Shown piece after piece: positions 55,234-64,000 of a stretch of 64,000 nucleotides of DNA (position 1 is the first letter of the stretch; each line of letters begins with the position of its first letter). Under the pieces are notes generated by a model. The model saw only the letters and a program-made list of their open reading frames with translations, did not search any database and was not told where the DNA came from. A program made the position numbers and the translations under genes. The stretch spans positions 21,789,009 to 21,853,008 of the forward strand of contig NC_068984.1 of NCBI RefSeq assembly GCF_001194135.2, given 5' to 3'. The DNA comes from Octopus bimaculoides (lineage: Eukaryota).

Positions 55234-55399
55234 TCATGCACACGCATATAGATCTGACCAGCAAAATCGGGTCAAACATGCTTGCGAATGAGAGCTGGAC
55301 TTCTTGAATGAAAACATATTTGGCCACAACGAAACAGGTCAAATTCGCCATATTTATATATTATTAATCTATATATTGTTCATAGGGTATATTCCTTTG

Positions 55400-55688
55400 T
55401 CGATAGGTATGTTCATGCAAAATACATCCTCCACAGGAAATATTGGTTATCAGGCGATGGTGAGACACACACACAAACACACACACACACACACACACAT
55501 ACACACACACACACACATATATATACGACGAGTTTCTTTCAGTTTCCGTGTACCAAATCCACTTACAAGGCTTTGGTCTGCCCGAGGCTATAGTAGAAGG
55601 TACTTGCCCAAGGTTTCACGCAGTGGGACTGAACCCGGAACCATGTACTTGGAAAGCACGCTTCTTACCACACAACCACTCCTACACC
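55400..55688 (-). mobile_element. Bipartite SINE (B head 55525-55688, (CA)n, partial C body)
   Basis: Matches family B and C modules. Confidence 0.7.
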
Positions 55689-55911
55689 TAGAATATTATA
55701 ATATTAATGCAAATAACCACGCTAGTAACATTAGAAAGCCCGGTAAATATTTACACTAACATAATCTCTCAATCCTAAACTTCTCAAAACATGGAGTTCA
55801 AAATTTCATAACAGAAATTTAATAACACCGAACGTAGTTCAGCCTCATCCAATCTCTGCTGTGTAATCAACTGGTTTATCTACAAATAATATTTTATGAA
55901 CGTATAAGACG

Positions 55912-56122
55912 ACGGGGTGGCAGAAACGTTAGCACGCCGGGCGAAATGCTTAGTGGTATTTCGTCCGTCTTCATGTTTTGAGTTCAAATTCCACCAAGTA
56001 CAACTTTACTTTCCATCCTTTCGGGGTCTATAAAATGAGTATCAATTGAGCGCTGGGGTCGATACTATCGATTACCCCTCCCCACGAAATTGTTGATCTT
56101 CTTCTAAAATTTGAAATCAATA
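55912..56122 (+). mobile_element. SINE family D copy
   Basis: GTGGCAGAAACGTTAGCACGCCGGGCGAAATGCTTAG...GAGTTCAAATTCC...CATCCTTTCGGGGTC. Confidence 0.8.
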
Positions 56123-56686
56123 TTTTAGGAACTCTAAAACACAATAAAACAAACTTTATCAAGAATATCGTGACCTGAATTTGACAAACGTATTTACATA
56201 CTTCTACGCTTAATTGAACCCTAAAAAATAACAGAAATCATACTGCAAACCGAATAAATCTTTTCACCACAACTTTCAATCGAATGCACACTCTCCCTCA
56301 ATCCTCATCTAACAACTCTTCTAGCATTTCTCCGTTCCATGTCTACCTACACCAGACCTATTTAGGACTTCACATACTTCTACCTACACCAAATCATAAC
56401 TTTTCAAAGGTTATATAACACCAAAAATAACTCAAGTAAAGTGCAGTCTGACGGCTGCGAGCAAGTTAGGACTTTATATATATATGGGGGTGGGGCGGTG
56501 TGTGTGCGTGTGAGAGTATGTGGCTTGATGGTTTCGATTTCTGGACATGGAGATGTGTTTCTCCAGTACAGTCAACTGGCAAAAATGAAAACTCCTACGA
56601 CGAATTGCGTCCGTCCAGTGGTGGGAAGTATATACGCCAGAAAACCCGGTAAAAACGTCTCTGGAAAGACATTTGATCCTTTTTTG

Positions 56687-56738
<52 letters not shown>

Positions 56739-56982
56739 TATATTTATATATAGTTAGTGTATCATATATCTCAAAAGGATGCACACACTAAAGCATAGAG
56801 TAGTAATGTATTTATAAGCAGTTAAGTCTATGTCCGGTTGTAGAGCGACTAATTATCTCGCATGCATAAAGGGGGCTTAGTCGACGACTTGTCAGACTCT
56901 AAAGCCGAAGGCATATAATTCTTCAACTCTGGAAGCTAGAAATCCGTTATGGCCATTTAGTCAGTAAGTAACCAGGAAATAA

Positions 56983-57381
56983 ACAATCCGGGTCGGCGAG
57001 GACGGGTTAAATCCCTTAGACTAGTCCATGTGGGTCAAAAAGAAGGGAACAGGGATTTTCACCCTTTGGTTGCTTTAGCTTGTAAGGCATTTTTTTTTTT
57101 TATCTAACCGACGAATGGGGAATCCCATGCTTGCAGCAGGTAGCGTTTGTAACGGATGCAGGGTCTGTAAATTTCTTGCCGTGAATTCAATAATCTTGAT
57201 TTCAAGGAGTCTGAGGATCCTTGCTCGCTCAGCTATGCAAAATTTGCAGCGTCCGCTCCCGTTAATATAGTATTCCGGCCGCTCTATGAGCAACTTAAGG
57301 GCGAAGTTCCCTTTTCCTCCCTTTTTTGACCCGTATGGAATGGTCTAAGGGAGGTGACCCGTCCTCGTCAACCCGGATTGT
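56983..57381 (-). mobile_element. Penelope-like GIY-YIG C-terminal fragment flanked by inverted repeats of about 73 bp
   Basis: Minus 57299-57104: EYYINGSGRCKFCIAERARIL, then after a frameshift LNSRQEIYRPCIRYKRYLL. This matches the PLE pattern Y.NG..RC.LC..EK..I...LN.R.EI...C. Inverted arms at 56983-57055 and 57308-57381. Confidence 0.65.
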
Positions 57382-57449
57382 GCTTTGTTTTAATCATTAT
57401 ATAATCATGTTTTTTTCTTTCTTTGAAAAATACACTATTTTATCTAGCT

Positions 57450-58297
57450 GGAATTTGGAAATTCTTCAAGAAATATCAATTGAAGAAACCCATACTGATT
57501 GAAGTGTTTGCAAGAATTTCGATATTTTAATCAACATTGCCAAAGTTAATACCAAGGTATATTTGTTACGAAATGCAAAAATTATAGTTTATGAAGCCAT
57601 TATTGAATTGCAACTACTATTTAAACTACTGATATATTTCAAGAGTGTAGTGGTGAGGCGTGTTTCTGAGTGTCCGAATATGTAAAACTTGGTGAGAGAA
57701 CCTTCTGGATGAGATTATCAGTTAGCTCCCTATATATTTTTGTTTTATTGTACTTTTCAAGGTTGAGGTTGATAAATTAATGCTTTAGAATGGTACCATT
57801 AAAAAAGCAAATATCAGGGTTATTGCAATTACGTAGAAGATAAGAGTTTTGCTTCGCCAGAGAGGAAAATTTTCTTCTGTACACGCTGGCTATAGAAGCT
57901 ATGGAAGCAACAATTTTTAGTGCAACTGTAGTTTACCTTGACGTTATTGCTGTTAATGATCTTATGATATCTATGATCGGGAATATGGGAAAATGCTCAT
58001 TTATAAGATTTAAACAACATAGGGGATTATACACTATAATATTTCGTCTTCTATTTTTATGTTTGTGAGCATTAAAGTTGTTCTGAATTCTATCTTTGAA
58101 GCAAATATCTTTCATCGCATCATTTATCAAAGAAATGAACGGTTACAGGATTTCTAGTTGGAAGTAAACCTGGATATGCGTTTCCTTATATTATTATCTA
58201 AGCTTTTTACGCTTTCAGTGACTGGTGAAGGGTAGATGAAAATTTGTTTATTAATACTTCAAGGATTGCATACTTTTTCTTTGTAAGCACAAACGTT
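57450..58297 (-). pseudogene. Decayed Penelope-like ORF (RT thumb, linker, GIY-YIG)
   Basis: In order on the minus strand, with stops and frameshifts: KRISRFTSN; NRRRNIIVYNP...LNLINEHFP (ORF 57933-58130); VKVNYSC; NCNNPDICFFNG...LIYQ; KYIGS. Confidence 0.65.
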
Positions 58298-58333
58298 NNN
58301 NNNNNNNNNNNNNNNNNNNNNNNNNNNNNNNNN

Positions 58334-58372
<39 letters not shown>

Positions 58373-58570
58373 AATTTACAAATGGCAGAAAAAAGTACTG
58401 TATAGATGTATAGACTTTATATATTTATTCAAAGCAAATACTTTCTTTTGGAGTTGTGATGTATTCACCCTCCTCCCCCCACGTATATATATGTATGTAT
58501 GCGTATGCATAATATAGATAGCAGTGAGAGAGAGATAGTGGGACAGAGTAGTAGATACGCTTTTAAGGAG

Positions 58571-59128
<558 letters not shown>

Positions 59129-59934
59129 GAGAAAGATTCTGAGAGAGAAGAAGAGAAAAATAAGTGGAGAGAGGAAAAGAAAACGAAATGTATGTTGAAA
59201 ATGGAGACAAGGAGAAAGATTTGATAAACAGGAGGAAACATAATAAAGTGTGGGTATTTGTGGGTGCGCGCGCGTGAGAGAGCGGTAGAGAGAGAAATTG
59301 AAAGAATCAAAAACGAATCGGTGGCGAATGATTTTTTCTGTTCGTTTATTCATTCGGAGTTCGCCGTTTTGTGTTAGTTTTAATTGCGTTATTCAGTTGT
59401 TGCTAAATTAGAGGTGGCTATTTCATTCTGTCAACTAGGAAGTCTAAATAGCTGTATCGACACTACTCCATTTCCTTCTCTCACTAATGATGCCTTTAGT
59501 CACGAGTTGTTGATGTCTATTAAAGAACAGACGATAAATGCTGGCCACTTTGAGACAACGTTGCTATTGTTGTTTAACCCTTGGATAAAACCTGATCTAT
59601 GTTCAAAGGTAGTCCAGCCGTGAGCCCAATATTCTCTTCTTATGGATTTCAAGACTGCATTATTTAATGTGAATTCTTGTTGGTGGAGTCATTGTTTTGT
59701 TATTTATTGTTGTTATTGTTATTTTTATTGTTGACCCCAACACCACTGGAATTGAGGAAATACATAAGGAAAGGCGGTTCCAGTTATAACCATCCCATCT
59801 TTTTATATATCAGCAGCAGTACAGTCCAAAGTGTTTTACATTGTTTGTTAATGAGGGTTGTAATTAACTCAGAACTGAACTTGTGCTAACAAAAATTACT
59901 CATCTCATCTCATCTCATCTTCAACCACTTAATA

Positions 59935-60350
59935 CTGGGAGGATTGTGAAGTCAGAGTCCTCACGCACACATTTCATCGGGTCCTGTCAGAAGCAACTGA
60001 TCCGGCTGAATCAGAAGCAATTGATCTCTCCAATTGATCCGGCTGAATCTCTGAGCGAGACCAACCGAGGCCATGGATGTTATCCAATCATGCTCCTCGT
60101 GGTCTACCCCTGGACCTTCTGCCAGTTTGCTTTGACCATAAAACCTGTCCAGCGATTCTTCCCAAGACATTCTTACCACACATCCTTAGTATCGGATTTG
60201 TGATCTCTCACTTCGGGGTATTAGCAACTCTAACCGCAGAGCAACTCTGATCTCCACACTACGCACACGATCGAGTAACGTTACTCCGAAGACACTCTGG
60301 TGGAACCCCTATCTCATCTGCTTGCACATCTTATCTCTCATTTCTTGAAA
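59935..60350 (-). mobile_element. RTE-like LINE 3' fragment with a small internal tandem duplication
   Basis: Minus strand: RIAGQVLWSKQTGRRSRGRPRGA*LDNIHGLGWSR. TGATCCGGCTGAATC occurs twice (about 59998 and 60035). Confidence 0.55.
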
Positions 60351-60994
60351 ATACAAGAATCTTACAGTGATGCCGAATCCCAAAAGGCATTTGGTAACTG
60401 GGTCACTGCTGAAGACTTCATATTGATGAATGTCTATTTATGGTAAAATCAGTTTCTATAACCCATCTATTTTCAAATAATACTCACTGGAGCAGTTTTA
60501 CTCAATGCTTTAAGATAACGAAAGCATTGACAGTTTACACGAAAAAATGTTTTTAAGAGACCCTGGTGGTTTCTTTTATGTTATTACCCTTTGAATTGAC
60601 TAGACGTGCGGTAGTATATTTTTAGTTAGTAAATGGATAATTGAATTCGATAAGATAAGGAAGGAAGACCTAAGAGAAACAGAAACACGAATAAATAAAC
60701 AAATAAACAAGCAAACAAAACATATTTAAAGACATTTTTGGAACAGGCTCATACCTACTGTCAATATATTCACATACGAATAGGAACAAATAGAATCAAC
60801 TACGTAGATGAAAATGTAACAACATATGTCAATACACCATTTATTTTGAAATTTAGACAGAGAAACGAGAGCTAATATACACGACATGATGCATAAACAC
60901 ATTCGATCATATATAAATGTGCATTACATATACGTGATGCATACAAATATGCACGCACACTACACATCTAAAACTATGTATATCAGTACAGTAC

Positions 60995-61043
<49 letters not shown>

Positions 61044-61218
61044 NNNNNNNNNNNNNNNNNNNNNNNNNNNNNNNNNNNNNNNNNNNNNNNNNNNNNNNNN
61101 NNNNNNNNNNNNNNNNNNNNNNNNNNNNNNNNNNNNNNNNNNNNNNNNNNNNNNNNNNNNNNNNNNNNNNNNNNNNNNNNNNNNNNNNNNNNNNNNNNNN
61201 NNNNNNNNNNNNNNNNNN

Positions 61219-61254
<36 letters not shown>

Positions 61255-61628
61255 GCGTAAAAAACTGTAGAATTCGAATACAAGCATACATATAATAAGA
61301 ACTAACCTCATTGTATCTCATTAGTTACACTCTACACATGTGTTAGCTTATATACAGCAGCAAAGACATTTTATAGACTTCGCACTTTCATAATAAACAG
61401 ACTGCAACAATTGTAAATACATACACAAATGGATACATATATATGCATACACACAAGAGCGTTATCACAAAGAAAGGTGCTAATAGCCGCAGGGTAAATG
61501 AAGAAGGAATACAAGATTAGGGAATGTAAGTTTGTTTATCTCTAGATTATACCGCTGCAAGTCATAAAGTACAGACACCAATGTAACCAGTACATGCTGA
61601 AACTTGGCGGTGAAGAGAGACATAATTG

Positions 61629-61890
61629 AAGGCGCGTGGCCTAGTTGTTAGGGTGTTGCACTCACGATTGAAAGATCGTAGTTTCGATTTCTGGATCAGG
61701 CAGTGCGTTGTTTTCTAGGGCAAAATGCTTCATTTCACTTTGCTCATACCCACCTAACTGTAAATTAATCATCCAGTGATGGGCTGGCGTCCCGTTTGAG
61801 AGGAGTATTGTTATTGCGGTCCTATACGATGTAGAAACCGGGTAATTGGTCCTTTGAGTTCTAGGACATGACACAGTAATGATGACGAAA
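61629..61890 (+). mobile_element. tRNA-derived SINE (family E)
   Basis: GAAGGCGCGTGGCCTAGTTGTTAGGGTGTTGCACTCACGAT...GTTTCGATTTC head with A and B boxes. Confidence 0.7.
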
Positions 61891-62680
61891 ATTGTAAAGG
61901 GAGATAAATGATATAAATATGTTGCGTCCAAGCACAGTAGAACAGCGAAACTGATTTCTGTGTCACAGATTCAATTCTTAGAAGTCCAGCCATTTGCTTC
62001 GGCTTCATGTGTAATAAATTTACAGTCGAACCTGGACAGAACCAACTTTTATAAAATGCATTGTTTCTGACATTATATGAAAGTAATTCTGAATTATGTA
62101 TGTATGTATGTATGTATGTATGTGTGTGTATTTAGAAAGACTGTTCAGTCTCGTGTAGCTTTGTATATTCTCATTCAAAATGGAGACGAGTACCAAAACG
62201 TTCATGTAGAACGCTTCGACAATTGTGAAAATATCATCATATAAAACCATTAGTTGCCTTGTAAACCCATAAATAAAGAACACTTATCCGCCAATGCACT
62301 GTTGAGCGGTGTTGAGCACTAATGTTCACTGTTTGATATCAGTGTAAGTGTGTGTGTGTGTATGGGTATTATATGAGTGTGTGTGAATTTTTCCCGCACC
62401 ACAGCGTGACAACCATGTGTCCATCTGTTTTAATTTAATTAATTTATTTGTCTTTGTGCAGCTGAAGATTGCTCTGCATTTAAACTGATGTAATGATTGC
62501 ATTGTTCAATTAAATGGAGTTGCATGAAACGATCGAAATGCATTACTTATGGATATCGTTGTTGCTTGTTTTGATATATATGGATATACATATATAATAT
62601 GTATATTTATATAATATATTATATGTGTGTGTGTGTGTGTGTGACTTTGAAGGTCACTACAATTTTCATATATACATACA

Positions 62681-62756
<76 letters not shown>

Positions 62757-62998
62757 TATGTATATCCATATATATGCAGTTGAAATTCATAGAAAAACAA
62801 AAGACGAAGATAAGTGTATGAACAGCGTGTGTGTATGTGCGCGTGTGTACGTATATATACGTAAGTGTGTGTATGTGTGCGTGCATAGCGAGAAGTTTTG
62901 TAAACCATTTTATTTAAGACATTTTAATTGTGTTGTACAGGTAGGCCCTTGTGGCCAAACAAGGAAATTACTGTGACTATTCCACCTCCTCCTTTCAT

Positions 62999-63011
62999 TT
63001 ATCTCTTTCTT

Positions 63012-63088
<77 letters not shown>
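62999..63088. repeat. (CTT)n followed by (ATT)n microsatellite
   Basis: Direct reading of the sequence. Confidence 0.95.
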
Positions 63089-63089
<1 letters not shown>

Positions 63090-63521
63090 GCCATTGAGAA
63101 AATACATTATTAGGGAAAAGGCACTTACTAGCATAACTATATTTAAACAAGCTTTATGGCTTCTAGAAAAAAATACAAAGAATAAACAAAAACAAAACAG
63201 TGCGAAATATCGAACTAAAAGCCAATGCATTTACATAACAACGGGAAGAACTACAAACTGCGGTATATGCGAACTTTTGTGAAACGAAATANNNNNNNNN
63301 NGGTATATGCGAACTTTTGTGAAACGAAATAAATGGTACAGACATGCCTTATTTATATATCGAATGTTTTAAATTTTAAATGGTATAAAACGTTTTATAT
63401 ACGTCAAGACAGGGAAAAGCTCTGAGAAATATAGATGCAAACAGGGACAAAGAGACTGAAAGAATGGGGAGGGTGGAGAGAGCGCACATGCATATGCAGC
63501 CCCACCACTCACACAGATAGA

Positions 63522-63707
63522 TATTGGGTTGTCCGGAAAGTTCGTGCCGATTTATAGCAGCTTACCTTCCGACTTATTTGCCATGAAACCACCTCAATTC
63601 TGGGAAAGAGTATTTTCAAGTTGAAGGAAAGATGGAGATGCATTGTGCAACAAAATGGTTAAAATTTGGTTGACTAAAAATGTAATGGCAAGTATTACAA
63701 CCCAATA
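63522..63707 (+). mobile_element. Internally deleted mariner element
   Basis: TA|TTGGGTTGT at the left and ACAACCCAA|TA at the right. Inside, KPPQFWER and IFKLKERWRCIVQQNG match the mariner transposase C-terminus. Confidence 0.75.
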
Positions 63708-64000
63708 TATAGACAGTTAGATAGATAGAGAGATGGGTGGAGGGATAGATAGATATTGATGTAAATATAGTTAGATAGGTAAATAGATAGATAGATATGA
63801 ATGTATATATGTATGCATGAATAAATGTAGAAGATGGCTTAAAACCTGTACTTGCAAGATTCGAACTTCGCATCGACTCTAGCATGTAAGCCTTTTAGAT
63901 ATGTTAAATTTGAAGGCATAACCAAAGTAAATCGCTAGGTAGATAAACGGGGAGTTAGGTTAAATATGCACACACACAGACGCATATATATATATATATA

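Overview
This is a eukaryotic, AT-rich, microsatellite-dense, gapped draft-assembly window. The SINE families and repeat density suggest an octopod cephalopod (inference, not verified). The only host gene I can support is a minus-strand tetraspanin: two coding exons (28633-28698 and 12915-13109) join in phase across a 15.5-kb intron. Its remaining exons were not found. The rest is intron or intergenic DNA filled with decayed mobile elements: RTE, CR1/L2-like and R4/Dong-like LINE fragments, Penelope-like (PLE) fragments, mariner derivatives, and at least four tRNA-derived SINE families. The most interesting unexplained signal is a set of minimal type I hammerhead-ribozyme motifs from several unrelated short repeat families. 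One has a fully intact core (18657-18702). Others lie in two fold-back elements: 13811-14531 (about 320-nt monomers, 13-bp target-site duplication) and 31947-32395 (198-bp arms). This resembles a PLE pseudo-LTR or retrozyme system. No databases were searched, so novelty and activity are untested. Most ORF-track entries are microsatellite or N-gap artefacts. Boundaries of decayed repeats are approximate.
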